Below, one piece after another: positions 14,009-24,539 of a stretch of DNA of 57,141 nucleotides; the stretch's first letter is position 1, and every line of letters starts with the position of its first letter. The stretch comes from Gammaproteobacteria bacterium (GTDB taxonomy: Bacteria > Pseudomonadota > Gammaproteobacteria > SURF-13). The notes under the pieces were generated by a model. It saw only the letters and a list, made by a program, of their open reading frames with translations. It searched no databases and was not told where the DNA came from. The position numbers were made by a program, and so were the translations under genes. The stretch spans positions 1 through 57,141 of the forward strand of contig JBCKVB010000004.1 in NCBI GenBank assembly GCA_038924245.1, read 5' to 3'.

Positions 14009-15934
14009 TTACTTCTTGTTGTTGTCCTTCACCTCTTCAAATTCCGCGTCCACCACGTCGCCCTCCGCGCTCTTTTTTTCCGTCTCCGGCTGGGTGGCGG
14101 ATGCGCCCGCGGCGGGCTGCTGCGCGTACAGGCGTTCGGCCATCTTGCCCGAAGCCTCGGCCAGCAGCTTGGTCTTGGTTTCGATCACCGCGGGATTGTT
14201 GCCCTTCACCGCCTCTTTCAAGTCGCTGATCGCGGCCTCGATAGCGGCGCGCTCACTGCCCTCCAGCTTGTCGCCCAGCTCGGTCACGGACTTGGTGGTG
14301 GCGTGAATCAGGTTGTCCGCCTGATTGCGCGCGGTCACCAGGATATGAAACTTCTTGTCTTCCTCGGCGTGCGCTTCGGCGTCCTTCACCATGCGCTTGA
14401 TCTCGTCTTCGGACAAACCGCTGGAGGCCTTGATGACGATGGACTGCTGTTTACCGGTCGCCTTGTCCTTGGCCGACACGTTCAGAATACCGTTGGCGTC
14501 TATGTCGAACATCACCTCGACCTGCGGCATGCCGCGCGGCGCGGGCGGGATATCCGCCAGATCAAAACGCCCCAGCGACTTGTTGGCCGCAGCCTGCTCG
14601 CGCTCGCCCTGCAATACGTGCACCGTGACCGCGGCCTGATTGTCGTCTGCGGTGGAAAACACCTGCGTGGCCTTGGTCGGGATGGTGGTGTTCTTCTCGA
14701 TCAGCTTGGTCATCACGCCACCCAGCGTCTCGATGCCGAGCGACAGCGGCGTCACATCCAGCAGCAGCACGTCCTTCACCTCGCCGCCCAGCACGCCGCC
14801 CTGAATCGCGGCGCCCACCGCAACCGCCTCGTCCGGGTTTACGTCCTTGCGCGGCTCCTTGCCGAACAGATTCTTCACCGCCTCCTGCACCTTGGGCATG
14901 CGCGTCTGGCCGCCCACCAAAATTACGTCGCTGATCTGGTCCGCGCTTAAACCGGCGTCTTTCAACGCGATTTTGCACGGCTCGATGGTGCGCGCAATGA
15001 GATCCTCGACCAGGGACTCCAGCTTAGCGCGCGTGACCTTGACGTTAAGATGCTTGGGGCCGCTCGCGTCGGCGGTGACGTAGGGCAGATTCACATCGGT
15101 CTGCTCGCGCGAGGAGAGTTCGATCTTGGCCTTTTCCGCCGCGTCCTTCAGGCGCTGCAAGGCGAGCGGGTCTTTCTTGAGATCAATGCCGCTGTCCTTT
15201 TTGAATTCCTCGACCAGGTAATCAATCAGGCGATGATCGAAGTCTTCACCGCCGAGGAAGGTGTCGCCGTTGGTGGAGAGCACTTCGAATTGGTGCTCGC
15301 CATCCACCTCGGCGATCTCGATGATGGAAATGTCGAACGTGCCGCCGCCGAGATCATATACCGCGATCTTGGCGTCGCCGCGCTTCTTGTCCATGCCGTA
15401 GGCCAGCGCCGCGGCGGTGGGCTCGTTGATGATGCGTTTGACTTCGAGGCCCGCGATCTTGCCCGCGGCCTTGGTCGCCTGGCGCTGCGAGTCGTCGAAA
15501 TAGGCGGGCACGGTGATCACCGCTTCCGTCACCGGCTCGCCCAGATAGTCCTCGGCGGTCTTTTTCATTTTCATCAGCACGCGCGCGGAGACTTCGGGCG
15601 GGGCCATCTTCTTGCCCTGCACCTCCACCCAGGCATCGCCGTTGTCGGCGGGCACGATGCCGTACGGCACCAGCTTGATGTCCTTCTGCACCACGGCGTC
15701 GGTGAAGCGGCGGCCGATGAGGCGCTTCACGGCATAGAGAGTGTTCTTGGGGTTGGTCACGGCCTGGCGCTTGGCGGACTGACCCACCAGCACCTCGCCG
15801 TCGTTGGTAAAGGCGACGACGGAGGGCGTGGTGCGGTCGCCCTCGCTGTTTTCAATCACGCGCGGCTTGCCCCCCTCCATCACCGCGACGCAGGAATTCG
15901 TGGTGCCCAAATCTATGCCGATAATCCTGCCCAT
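14009..15934 (-). CDS. dnaK: Chaperone DnaK
   Basis: [29 protein letters not shown] tail. Confidence 0.99.
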   Translation of the reverse strand: MGRIIGIDLGTTNSCVAVMEGGKPRVIENSEGDRTTPSVVAFTNDGEVLVGQSAKRQAVTNPKNTLYAVKRLIGRRFTDAVVQKDIKLVPYGIVPADNGDAWVEVQGKKMAPPEVSARVLMKMKKTAEDYLGEPVTEAVITVPAYFDDSQRQATKAAGKIAGLEVKRIINEPTAAALAYGMDKKRGDAKIAVYDLGGGTFDISIIEIAEVDGEHQFEVLSTNGDTFLGGEDFDHRLIDYLVEEFKKDSGIDLKKDPLALQRLKDAAEKAKIELSSREQTDVNLPYVTADASGPKHLNVKVTRAKLESLVEDLIARTIEPCKIALKDAGLSADQISDVILVGGQTRMPKVQEAVKNLFGKEPRKDVNPDEAVAVGAAIQGGVLGGEVKDVLLLDVTPLSLGIETLGGVMTKLIEKNTTIPTKATQVFSTADDNQAAVTVHVLQGEREQAAANKSLGRFDLADIPPAPRGMPQVEVMFDIDANGILNVSAKDKATGKQQSIVIKASSGLSEDEIKRMVKDAEAHAEEDKKFHILVTARNQADNLIHATTKSVTELGDKLEGSERAAIEAAISDLKEAVKGNNPAVIETKTKLLAEASGKMAERLYAQQPAAGASATQPETEKKSAEGDVVDAEFEEVKDNNKK

Positions 15935-15998
15935 GTTGGTGTCTCCTTGATAAATAACGGCATGTGCGACTTTTGCGCACCCTGCCGGGATAGGGGGT

Positions 15999-16027
15999 AT
16001 ATGAGGTTGGCCCAGCGTGGTTTCAAG
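15999..16027 (-). promoter_or_regulatory. sigma32 promoter upstream of dnaK
   Basis: CTTGAAA-N14-CCTCATAT on the minus strand. Confidence 0.7.
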
Positions 16028-16550
16028 CCCCGGCGGGCGCCTTGGCTACAATCACCAACGCCGGACGGATCAGCCGGTCGTGCAACAGATAACCCTTTTG
16101 ACACACGGTGAGCACGGTGTCCGGCGCGGCGTCATCAGACTCCAGCGCCGACATCGCCTGATGCAGCTTGGGATCGAACTTTTGCCCCACCGGGTCGAGC
16201 GTCTTGACGTTGAATTTTTCCAATACGTTGCCGAGCAGCTTGTGCGTGAGCGTCATGCCCTCCAGCAGCTTATCCGCCGCGCCTTGCTCCGCCGCCGCGC
16301 TCAAGCCCGACTCCAGACTGTCCTGCACCGGCAACAGTTCACCGATAATGCGCTCCAGACCGTATTTGTGCGCGCTCTCGATGTCGCGCTCGGCGCGTTT
16401 TCTAAAATTCTCCAGCTCGGCGCGCGCGCGCAACACCTGGTCCCAGTGCACGTCCGCCTTGGCGCGTGCGTCTTCGAGCAACAGGTGAACGTCTTGTGCG
16501 GACTCGGGCGGGGGAACCGGCTGTTCGTCGTTGGATGTTGCGTTGGTCAT
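16023..16550 (-). CDS. grpE: Nucleotide exchange factor GrpE
   Basis: [35 protein letters not shown]. Confidence 0.97.
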   Translation of the reverse strand: MTNATSNDEQPVPPPESAQDVHLLLEDARAKADVHWDQVLRARAELENFRKRAERDIESAHKYGLERIIGELLPVQDSLESGLSAAAEQGAADKLLEGMTLTHKLLGNVLEKFNVKTLDPVGQKFDPKLHQAMSALESDDAAPDTVLTVCQKGYLLHDRLIRPALVIVAKAPAGA

Positions 16551-16597
16551 GGGTCGCTCTAAAAATAAAATTCAGGAACAGTAGACATGCGGGCGCT

Positions 16598-17641
16598 TCA
16601 GCGCTGGGTCAAGGCCGCGCCGAGCAGTTTGGCGGTGATATCCACCAGCGGTATCATGCGCTCATAACCCATGCGCGTCGGCCCCACCACGCCCAGCACG
16701 CCCGCCACCTGGCCGCGCGCCTCGTAGGGGGCGGTAATCAGGCTGTAATCCTCCAGCGCGTCATAGCCCGACTCCGCGCCGATGAAGATTTGCACCCCCT
16801 TGGCGTGCAGACATTGATTGAGCAGGTGCAAGATGTCGCGCTTCTCATTGAACACCTCGAACAACTGGCGCAGCTTTTCCACGCTGTCGGTTTCCGCGCG
16901 CGACAGCAGGTGCGCCTGCCCCTTGACCACGTAATCCGGCGTGGGCTCCGGCATGGCGAACGCCTTGTCCGCCATCTCGATGGCCAGGCGCATCATGTCA
17001 TTCATGCGCTCGCGCGTCTCCTGCATCTCCTTGAGCAAGGTCTCGCGCACCTTGTGCAAATCCTGTCCCGCGCACAGGCTGTTCAGATAATTCGCCGCCT
17101 GTTGCAGCTCGGACGGGCTATATTGGCGCGCGGTGTGGACGATGCGATTCTGCACCTCGCGTTCGTTGGTGACGAGTATCACCAGCACGCGGTTTTCCGA
17201 CAGCGGCAAAAATTCCACCTGGCGCAGCACCGGCTGGAAACGGCGCGGCAGCAGCACCAGGCTCGCCAGCTTGCTCACCTCGGACAGCACGTTGGAGGCG
17301 GTTTCCATGAGATCGCCGATAGCCTTGTCCGGGTCGAGCTCGCTGCGCAGGCGCTGCACCTCGCCGCTGGCCAGCGGTTGCATGGTAAGCAGGCTGTCCA
17401 CGAAAAAACGGTAGCCCTGCGTGGTGGGGATGCGCCCGGCCGAGGTATGCGGCGCGCAGATGAGGCCCATATCCTCCAGATCGGCCATCACGTTGCGGAC
17501 GGTCGCCGGGCTCAGATCAAAGCCCATATCGCGCGCCAGCGCGCGCGAACTCACCGGCTGACCCTCGCTGATATAACGCTCCACCAGCACGCGCAACAGA
17601 TGCCGCGCACGGTCGCTGATGATGGCCGGATTACTCATCAT
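16598..17641 (-). CDS. hrcA: Heat-inducible repressor HrcA
   Basis: SPATVRNVMADLEDMG, PHTSAGRIPT, GVVGPTRM. Confidence 0.97.
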   Translation of the reverse strand: MMSNPAIISDRARHLLRVLVERYISEGQPVSSRALARDMGFDLSPATVRNVMADLEDMGLICAPHTSAGRIPTTQGYRFFVDSLLTMQPLASGEVQRLRSELDPDKAIGDLMETASNVLSEVSKLASLVLLPRRFQPVLRQVEFLPLSENRVLVILVTNEREVQNRIVHTARQYSPSELQQAANYLNSLCAGQDLHKVRETLLKEMQETRERMNDMMRLAIEMADKAFAMPEPTPDYVVKGQAHLLSRAETDSVEKLRQLFEVFNEKRDILHLLNQCLHAKGVQIFIGAESGYDALEDYSLITAPYEARGQVAGVLGVVGPTRMGYERMIPLVDITAKLLGAALTQR

Positions 17642-17676
17642 AACACCCTGACTTTACTGATAAATTCAGTGTCATT

Positions 17677-17703
17677 TTAGCACTCTCAGGAGGCGAGCGC
17701 CAG
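17677..17703. promoter_or_regulatory. CIRCE operator (one arm degenerate)
   Basis: TTAGCACTC-N9-GAGCGCCAG directly upstream of hrcA. Confidence 0.75.
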
Positions 17704-17905
17704 ACCAACAGCAGGTGACCGATGGACAGACCACGGTTTTCCATCACTCCTGAAACAGTTTACTTGATTGCGGTTCCAGTATCTTGCGTGGTCTCCCTGA
17801 TTTTCCGGGCGCCACACGCTAATGAAGCTCTACAAAGACACGCCCAATCTCCTCGGCGCCACATTGCCCACCTCATCGCCACTACCCTGCTAAGCTATAG
17901 CCATT

Positions 17906-18913
17906 ATGCGGGTGGATGACAATGAAAATACGCAAACCGCGCCCTATGCCGGGCTCACGCCGGACTGTGCGCTGGATGCGCTGGAAAGCGTCGGGTTGCG
18001 TAGCGACGGGCGTCTGCTTGCCCTGAACAGCTATGAAAATCGCGTCTATCAAATCGGCATGGAGCACGGAGCGCCGTGTGTGGCCAAGTTTTACCGCCCT
18101 GGGCGCTGGTCTGACGCCGCCATCCTTGAAGAACATGCCTTTGTGCAGGAACTTGCCGAGAGTGAAATCCCGGTCGTAGCGCCACTACCCCTCGCCGGCG
18201 GACAAACGCTACACACCTTCGGGGCGTTTCGTTTCGCCGTTTATCCGCGCCAAAGCGGCCGCGCGCCTGAATTGCAGGATCGCAACACCCTGGAATGGAT
18301 GGGACGCTTCATCGGGCGCATACACGCGGTCGGCGCGTTGCAACCGTTCGTCGCACGCCCTGCGCTGGACATCGCCAGCTTCGGCGCCGAGCCGCGCGAT
18401 TACCTGCTCGCGCACGACTTCATCCCGGCGGAGCTGCGCGCTGCGTGGGAAAGCGTGGTGACGCAGGCGCTGCACGGCGTGCAACGCTGCTACGGGCGCG
18501 CCGGTAACGTGCGCAGCGTGCGCCTGCACGGCGACTGTCATCTCGGCAACGTGCTGTGGGCCGATGACGGCCCGCATTTCGTGGACTTTGACGACAGCCG
18601 CATGGGGCCCGCGATGCAGGACTTATGGATGCTGCTCTCCGGCGAAGCGCCCGACATGGCGGGTCAACTGGCTGACATACTCAGCGGCTATGAGGACTTT
18701 TGCGAGTTCGATACGCGCGAACTCAACCTCATCGAGGCGTTACGCACCCTGCGCCTGATTCACTACTCGGCCTGGCTGGCGCGGCGCTGGGGCGACCCCG
18801 CCTTCCCCGCCGCGTTCCCCTGGTTCAACACCCAGCGCTACTGGCAGGATCGCATCCTTGAACTGCGCGAGCAGGTTGCGCTTATGGACGAGCCACTGCT
18901 CGCGCCTGCGTGA
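17906..18913 (+). CDS. srkA: Stress response Ser/Thr kinase SrkA (RdoA/YihE)
   Basis: LNSYENRVY, KFYRPGRW, LHGDCHLGN, VDFDD, FPWF. Confidence 0.95.
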   Translation: MRVDDNENTQTAPYAGLTPDCALDALESVGLRSDGRLLALNSYENRVYQIGMEHGAPCVAKFYRPGRWSDAAILEEHAFVQELAESEIPVVAPLPLAGGQTLHTFGAFRFAVYPRQSGRAPELQDRNTLEWMGRFIGRIHAVGALQPFVARPALDIASFGAEPRDYLLAHDFIPAELRAAWESVVTQALHGVQRCYGRAGNVRSVRLHGDCHLGNVLWADDGPHFVDFDDSRMGPAMQDLWMLLSGEAPDMAGQLADILSGYEDFCEFDTRELNLIEALRTLRLIHYSAWLARRWGDPAFPAAFPWFNTQRYWQDRILELREQVALMDEPLLAPA

Positions 18914-19212
18914 CAAAGGGAGATCAATGCTCCAGTGCTTGAAGCGACTACTGGATGGGGGTTGATATGACCGAATTGATCCCCTTCAGAAGGTGAGTTA
19001 TGTCCAGCGCCGAGACCCTCGCCCAGACTTCTATAGCCCCATCCCTTGCGCGCGATCACCGGACGCTACTCATCGCGTTGATGATTCTTGCCGGTCTGTG
19101 AGGTTTAAGGCAATATCTAACTCATCAAGATACCTATTACATAGGCACGCAGGCCTTCGCGGAAGATTCCGTCCGTAGCTGCACAAAATAACCCACTCCT
19201 TAAGGAGTGTTT

Positions 19213-19443
19213 ATGGAAAAGATTGTGCATGCGCATCTCGAGAAACTGCCGGACGGCGTGTATCTCGCCACCTCGGAAGAAATCCAGGGACTGATTGCTC
19301 AAGGGCGCACGATCCAGGAAACCCTCGATATCGCGCGCGATGTGGCGAAGAAGCTGATCGAGGCGCGCCAAGAACGCGAAGAGACATCGCCACTTTCTCC
19401 CGCGGGCGATGCCTTGGATTATCCGCTGATCGTTAACGCCTGA
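19213..19443 (+). CDS. HicB-family antitoxin (short form)
   Basis: YLATSEEIQGLIAQGRTIQE fold; AAGGAG SD; coupled to a hicA-like gene. Confidence 0.75.
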   Translation: MEKIVHAHLEKLPDGVYLATSEEIQGLIAQGRTIQETLDIARDVAKKLIEARQEREETSPLSPAGDALDYPLIVNA

Positions 19444-19675
19444 TGGGGCGACTCGCGGGGTTCAAATACCGGGAGATCGTCAAGCGCTTAAAGCGGCATG
19501 GATTTACCTTCGACCGGCAGGCGGCCGGCAGTCAGTCATGAGATAGGGTACCACCCGCAAACACGCCGCTACACCACCCTTCCCAATCACCCTGGGGGAT
19601 ATGCCGGAGGGCACGCTGCGGGCGATTCTGCGGCAGGCTGGAATTGAGCCGGAGGAGTTTTTGAGGGGGAAGTGA
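19443..19675 (+). pseudogene. HicA-family toxin, doubly frameshifted
   Basis: MGRLAGFKYREIVKRLK...GSHE...NHPGDMPEGTLRAILRQAGI is restored by removing a 4-bp AGTC duplication and one extra G in a G5 run. Confidence 0.8.
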
Positions 19676-19690
19676 AGATGGTGGCGCTAT

Positions 19691-19945
19691 CACTACTGTC
19701 CGGTTAATACGCGAATAGATTCAGTTGATTACTGCGGGTGGCATTGTCAGAAATGTAGTCACTGCCCGCAAAGGCTTGCTGGATGGGCATCTTCTCGAAC
19801 AAGGTGAGCGAGAAAATCTGCAGAAAAGTGTAAAGCGATGCCTCCAGATTGAGGCGTTTTTTCCAGATAGCCCGATCCATGACGTAGATCGCTCCGGCCT
19901 CCAGTACCAGCACATCGAGCACATTCATTTAACCGGACAGCAGTG
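19691..19945 (-). mobile_element. Internally deleted IS4-family element (MITE-like)
   Basis: 17-bp terminal IRs CACT(A/G)CTGTCCGGTTAA; interior encodes fused transposase pieces (IYVMDR; SLYTFLQIFSLTLFEKMP...NQLNLF). Confidence 0.8.
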
Positions 19946-19960
19946 ATAAATTGAGAGGAT

Positions 19961-20299
19961 TTATGCTATCACTACCAGTGCGTCAATCTTCGCCGCGCAG
20001 ATGAAGTCGTTTTCAGTGAGCCCTTTGACGGCGTGCGTGGTATAGCGCACGCGGCATTTGTTGTAACTCACCTCTAAATCGGGGTGGTGGTCTTCCTGGT
20101 GCGCGATCCAGGCTAAGGCATTAACAAAGGCCATGGTTTTATAATAGTTTTTGAACTCGAAGATACGGCTGATTTCCGTGCCGCCGTCATTTAATGTCCA
20201 GCCGCTGGTTTGTTTGAGCAATTCTTGGGCCTGTTCCGCGTTGAGCGGTGGGGTGCCGCCTTCGCAGACCTTGCAGTGTTTGGTCGTTAAACCGCTCAT
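19961..20299 (-). CDS. phhB: Pterin-4-alpha-carbinolamine dehydratase
   Basis: EDHHPDL, THAVKGLTENDFICAAKID. Confidence 0.93.
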   Translation of the reverse strand: MSGLTTKHCKVCEGGTPPLNAEQAQELLKQTSGWTLNDGGTEISRIFEFKNYYKTMAFVNALAWIAHQEDHHPDLEVSYNKCRVRYTTHAVKGLTENDFICAAKIDALVVIA

Positions 20300-20328
20300 G
20301 GTATCACCTCACTTAAAATTGTAGTTGA

Positions 20329-20389
20329 GTAGCGTGCGCTGCGCGCACGACAAGTAGCGAATAAAAATCGTGCGCGCAGCGCACGCTAC
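20329..20389. repeat. Inverted REP doublet (GTAG-type)
   Basis: Perfect 22-bp IR GTAGCGTGCGCTGCGCGCACGA ... TCGTGCGCGCAGCGCACGCTAC. Confidence 0.8.
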
Positions 20390-20396
20390 AATACTG

Positions 20397-20431
20397 CCCT
20401 CACCCCAGCCCTCTCCCTGCAAGGGAGAGGG
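20397..20431 (+). repeat. CCCTCACCCCAGCCCTCTCCC...GGGAGAGGG palindromic element
   Basis: Hairpin CCCTCTCCC/GGGAGAGGG; a decayed relative lies at ~1005-1045. Confidence 0.65.
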
Positions 20432-20438
20432 TAGTAAG

Positions 20439-20723
20439 TTATTTGAATTTATAGAACGCTTCATTGAGATAGGCGATCACGTCCTCGATTTGCTCGTCCT
20501 GCCACTTCAGGCGCGCATTCGTTTCGCAAAAGCGCACGCGCTTTTCCAGCGCATTCAGCGAAGGGATGATGCTGTTGGGCCGCGTGTGGACGGAGGTGTC
20601 GTGGCAACCCGTGCAGTTGGCTTGATAGAGCGCTTCGCCGCGCTTGGCGTCGGCGGCTTGGGTCATGCCGCTGCACAGCATTAACGTGGCGCTTATCATA
20701 AGTAAATGCGTTGAATGTTTCAT
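20439..20723 (-). CDS. Periplasmic monoheme cytochrome c
   Basis: Signal peptide and CTGCH heme motif. Confidence 0.85.
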   Translation of the reverse strand: MKHSTHLLMISATLMLCSGMTQAADAKRGEALYQANCTGCHDTSVHTRPNSIIPSLNALEKRVRFCETNARLKWQDEQIEDVIAYLNEAFYKFK

Positions 20724-20739
20724 GGCTGATCTCCGTAAT

Positions 20740-21987
20740 TCATACTGTGACTTTAGATAACAGATGGCTCACCCTGACCAGCGCGGGCGGGTGCGAGTCG
20801 TGGAACGCGGAATACACGGGGTCGGGGGTGAGCGTGTTGGCGTTTTCCTTGTAGAGCTTGACCAGCGCCTCGGCCAGGGCGCGCGCATCGCTCTGCTCGG
20901 CGGCGAAGTCGTCCGCCTCGAATTCATCCTTGCGTGAGAGCCAGGCGAACACCGGTTGCAGGAACAGGCTGAACACGGGCACGACCAGCAGGAACAGCAC
21001 CAGCGCGGCGTAAAGGGAGGGTTGCTGCACGCCCAGGCCGGTGTAAAACCAGTGTTGGGCGATCAGCCAGCCGAGCAGCGCCAGGCCGAGCAGGCTGAAG
21101 ACCAGGCCCTGGAACATGCGTTTTTGCACGTGCTTGCGCTTGAAGTGCCCCAACTCATGCGCCAGCACGGCCTCGATCTCGGCGGGTTGCAGGTGGGTCA
21201 TCAAGGTGTCGAAAAACACGATGCGTTTGTTGCGGCCGAGGCCGGTGAAATAGGCGTTGCCGTGTCCGCTGCGGCGCGAGCCGTCCATGACGAAGATGCC
21301 GTTGCTGGTGAAGCCGCACTTTTGCAACAGGGTCTGGATGCGCTGACGCAAGGCCTCGTCCGTCAAGGGATTGAATTTGTTGAATAGCGGCGCGATGAAG
21401 GCGGGATAGGCCCACATCATGAGTAGGCCGAAACCCGACCATACCAGCCAGACATACAGCCACCATAAATCGCCCGAGGTTTGCATCAGCCACAGCACCA
21501 GCGCGGATAACGGCACACCCAGGGCGAGCAATAACAGTGTTTGTTTGAGCAGATCGGTGATAAACAGGCGCGGCGTGGTGCGGTTGAAGCCGAAGCGCTG
21601 TTCGATGACAAAGGTGCGATACAGGGAGAACGGCAAGTCCAACAGCGCCATGATGGCCACGATACTGATGATAAAGGCGATGCCGGTCGCCAACGGCCCC
21701 CATGCGAGCGCGCGCCACAACTGGTCCAGCCAGTTGAGCCCGCCGCCCAGCGTCCACAGGCTCAGCCACAATACCCCCGCTATCAGTTCGATCTCCCCCA
21801 GACGCAGCTTGGCCGCGGTGTAGTCGGCGGCCTTGTGGTGGGTTTGCAGGGGAATCTGCGCGCGGAAGGCCTCCGGCACCTCGGCGCGGTGCGCCAGCAC
21901 GTGGGCCTGCTGGCGGCGCATGAGCCAGAGCTGTAAAAGCAGCCCGGCCATCAAGGCCGCGATGAAAATCCAGGAAAAGTTGTTCAT
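20740..21987 (-). CDS. M48 family (Ste24-like) membrane metallopeptidase
   Basis: GHGNAYFTG, HELGH, EFEAD, SHP; multiple TM segments. Confidence 0.93.
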   Translation of the reverse strand: MNNFSWIFIAALMAGLLLQLWLMRRQQAHVLAHRAEVPEAFRAQIPLQTHHKAADYTAAKLRLGEIELIAGVLWLSLWTLGGGLNWLDQLWRALAWGPLATGIAFIISIVAIMALLDLPFSLYRTFVIEQRFGFNRTTPRLFITDLLKQTLLLLALGVPLSALVLWLMQTSGDLWWLYVWLVWSGFGLLMMWAYPAFIAPLFNKFNPLTDEALRQRIQTLLQKCGFTSNGIFVMDGSRRSGHGNAYFTGLGRNKRIVFFDTLMTHLQPAEIEAVLAHELGHFKRKHVQKRMFQGLVFSLLGLALLGWLIAQHWFYTGLGVQQPSLYAALVLFLLVVPVFSLFLQPVFAWLSRKDEFEADDFAAEQSDARALAEALVKLYKENANTLTPDPVYSAFHDSHPPALVRVSHLLSKVTV

Positions 21988-22065
21988 AGGCACACCGGAG
22001 TTCGACGCGCTCAGCATAGCCTCTGGTACAATGCCTCGCAAGCAGTTTTATAACAAAGGAACCCC

Positions 22066-22626
22066 ATGGCGCAAAATTCCAATAATTTGATCTGGATAGA
22101 CCTGGAAATGACTGGGCTCAATACCGACACCGACCGCATCATCGAAATCGCCACCATCGTCACCGACAGCGGACTGAATATCATCGAGGAAGGGCCGGTG
22201 TTCGCCATCCATCAAAGCGAGGAGATGCTGGCCGGTATGGATGACTGGAATACGCAGCAGCATAACCAGTCCGGATTGGTGGAGCGCGTGCGCGCCAGCC
22301 TGGTTAACGAAATAGAGGCCGAGCAACGAACCTTGGAATTCCTGCAAAAGCACGTGCTGCGCAACAAATCGCCCATGTGCGGCAACAGCATCTGCCAAGA
22401 CCGGCGCTTTTTATACCGCGCCATGCCGGATCTGGAAAAACACTTCCACTACCGCAATCTGGACGTGAGCACCGTGAAGGAACTGGCGCGGCGCTGGGTG
22501 CCCGCGCTCGCCGACGGCTTCGTGAAAATCCCCGCGCACCTTGCCTTGGAAGACGTGCGCGATGCGATCCGCGAACTTAAATATTACCGCGACACGTTCT
22601 TCAAGCTCCCCGGCATGCCGCAATAA
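22066..22626 (+). CDS. orn: Oligoribonuclease
   Basis: [30 protein letters not shown]. Confidence 0.97.
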   Translation: MAQNSNNLIWIDLEMTGLNTDTDRIIEIATIVTDSGLNIIEEGPVFAIHQSEEMLAGMDDWNTQQHNQSGLVERVRASLVNEIEAEQRTLEFLQKHVLRNKSPMCGNSICQDRRFLYRAMPDLEKHFHYRNLDVSTVKELARRWVPALADGFVKIPAHLALEDVRDAIRELKYYRDTFFKLPGMPQ

Positions 22627-22638
22627 GGAACCTCTGAT

Positions 22639-22988
22639 TTATTCAGGGGCGCCGTATGACGCCTGATGGGTCTTCACATCGCCGCGCTGCTGGCGCGCGT
22701 AACCCTCGTGTGGCGCCCCGCTGCGTTGAAGGCGTCACGTAGCGCAACATAGACATCCTCATCCGGCTGGCGATTCACCGCGATCTCTCCGCCCGGCACG
22801 GTGATATCAAGGCGCACGTTATAAAGTTTTCCCTGATGATGATGTTTCTGGGGAACCTCCACCACCACCCGGCAGCCCATGATGCGGTCATAAAACGATT
22901 CCAGCTTTTTCGCCTTTTGCCGGATACGCTCCTCCACGGCCGGTGAAGGAGGCATGTCACGAAAGGTAATTTGCAGCGGGGTCTGCAT
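22639..22988 (-). pseudogene. HPF/RaiA-family ribosome-associated protein with frameshifted C-terminus
   Basis: MQTPLQITFR...DVYVALRDAF; the expected tail EGYARQQRGDVKTH is in another frame ending at 22639. Confidence 0.65.
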
Positions 22989-23226
22989 GGCATCGCTCCT
23001 TGTTTTCTTACGGCTTTCATTCTAAGGCAGCAAGAATTGTCAATCTTTGATCTAGCGCAAGGTTTGATTTCCCGCGTCCCTTAAAATTCAGACTGCGTGC
23101 TGGATGGGGCCGGTGTTGAATCTGGACTTGTGCAATGCCGGGCATGGTATACAATAAACCGGCACGCTCAGAGACAAGTTTTTTCATGCATTGATGCCTT
23201 GAAATGTCATAAACATTGAGGTCACC

Positions 23227-24525
23227 ATGAAGAAGGACAAAGCGACGGCGCTGAATATTTCCGGCGTAACCCACGGCATCCCCACTCATCGTACCACCCC
23301 CAACCACTCCTCTAACGCCTTGGAGCGATGGGTGGCACGCACACTGCTGACGGCTGTCGGCAACCCGCCGTTCCGACTGGTGTTGTGGGACGGCAAAGAA
23401 ATCGCGAACTCCTCCTCCGCCCCGCCTGTCGCGCGCGTGATCATTCACCAGCGCACGGCGCTGCATAAGCTGCTCATCAATCCCGACTTGCATTTTGGAG
23501 ACCTTTACAGCACGGGTAGCGTGGAGGTGGAGGGAGACTTGCCTGAATTTCTGAAAGCCCTGTATCGCTCGATCTCGTCGAAATTCGCCCTACTGAAAAA
23601 AATCCAGACGCAATTGTTCAATCGCCCGCGCTCCAACACGCTGTCCAGCTCGTCCACCAACATTCATCACCATTACGATCTGAGCAATGAATTTTATGAA
23701 CTGTGGCTGGACCAGGAAATGCAGTACACCTGCGCCTACTTCCCCTCTCCCGCCATAACGCTGGAGCAGGCGCAATTCGCCAAGATGGATCACGTATGCC
23801 GCAAGCTGCGCCTGCAACCCGGCGAACGCGTGGTCGAGGCCGGCTGCGGCTGGGGCGGGCTGGCGCGCCACATGGCGCGCCACTACGGGGTGACGGTGCG
23901 CTCCTATAATATTTCCAAGGAACAAGTCCGTTATGCGCGCGAGCGCGCCAAGGCCGAGGGCCTGAGCGGAATCGAGTATATCGAGGACGATTACCGCAAC
24001 ATCTCCGGCAAGTACGATGCCTTCGTGTCGGTGGGCATGCTGGAGCACGTCGGCATGGATCATTATCATGGGCTGGGAGACGTTATTCACCGCTCACTCA
24101 CGGAACACGGGCGCGGTCTGATTCACTCCATCGGGCGCAACCAGCCAGGACTGATAAATGCGTGGATCGAAAAACGCATCTTCCCCGGCGCCTATCCGCC
24201 CACCCTCGCGGAAATGATGGACATCTTCGAGCCACATGACTTTTCCGTGCTCGACGTGGAAAATCTGCGCTTGCATTACGCCAAGACGCTGGAGCACTGG
24301 CTGATGCGCTTCGATCAGCATGCCGGGACGGTGGAAAATATGTTCGACGAAAGGTTTGTGCGTGCCTGGCGGCTCTATCTCGCGGGCTCGATCGCCTCGT
24401 TCAGCACCGGCTTTTTGCAATTATTCCAGGTGGTGTTCACGCGCGGGGCCAACAATCAAATCCCCTGGTCGCGCGCGCATCTTTATGAAGCAAACTCGCG
24501 TGACCAGCCCGCCAAGGCCGCCTGA
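23227..24525 (+). CDS. Cyclopropane-fatty-acyl-phospholipid synthase-family methyltransferase
   Basis: HHYDLSNEFY, YTCAYF, EAGCGWG, VSVGMLEHVG, IFPG, HYAKTL. Confidence 0.92.
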   Translation: MKKDKATALNISGVTHGIPTHRTTPNHSSNALERWVARTLLTAVGNPPFRLVLWDGKEIANSSSAPPVARVIIHQRTALHKLLINPDLHFGDLYSTGSVEVEGDLPEFLKALYRSISSKFALLKKIQTQLFNRPRSNTLSSSSTNIHHHYDLSNEFYELWLDQEMQYTCAYFPSPAITLEQAQFAKMDHVCRKLRLQPGERVVEAGCGWGGLARHMARHYGVTVRSYNISKEQVRYARERAKAEGLSGIEYIEDDYRNISGKYDAFVSVGMLEHVGMDHYHGLGDVIHRSLTEHGRGLIHSIGRNQPGLINAWIEKRIFPGAYPPTLAEMMDIFEPHDFSVLDVENLRLHYAKTLEHWLMRFDQHAGTVENMFDERFVRAWRLYLAGSIASFSTGFLQLFQVVFTRGANNQIPWSRAHLYEANSRDQPAKAA

Positions 24526-24539
24526 GTAACGCACCTTAA

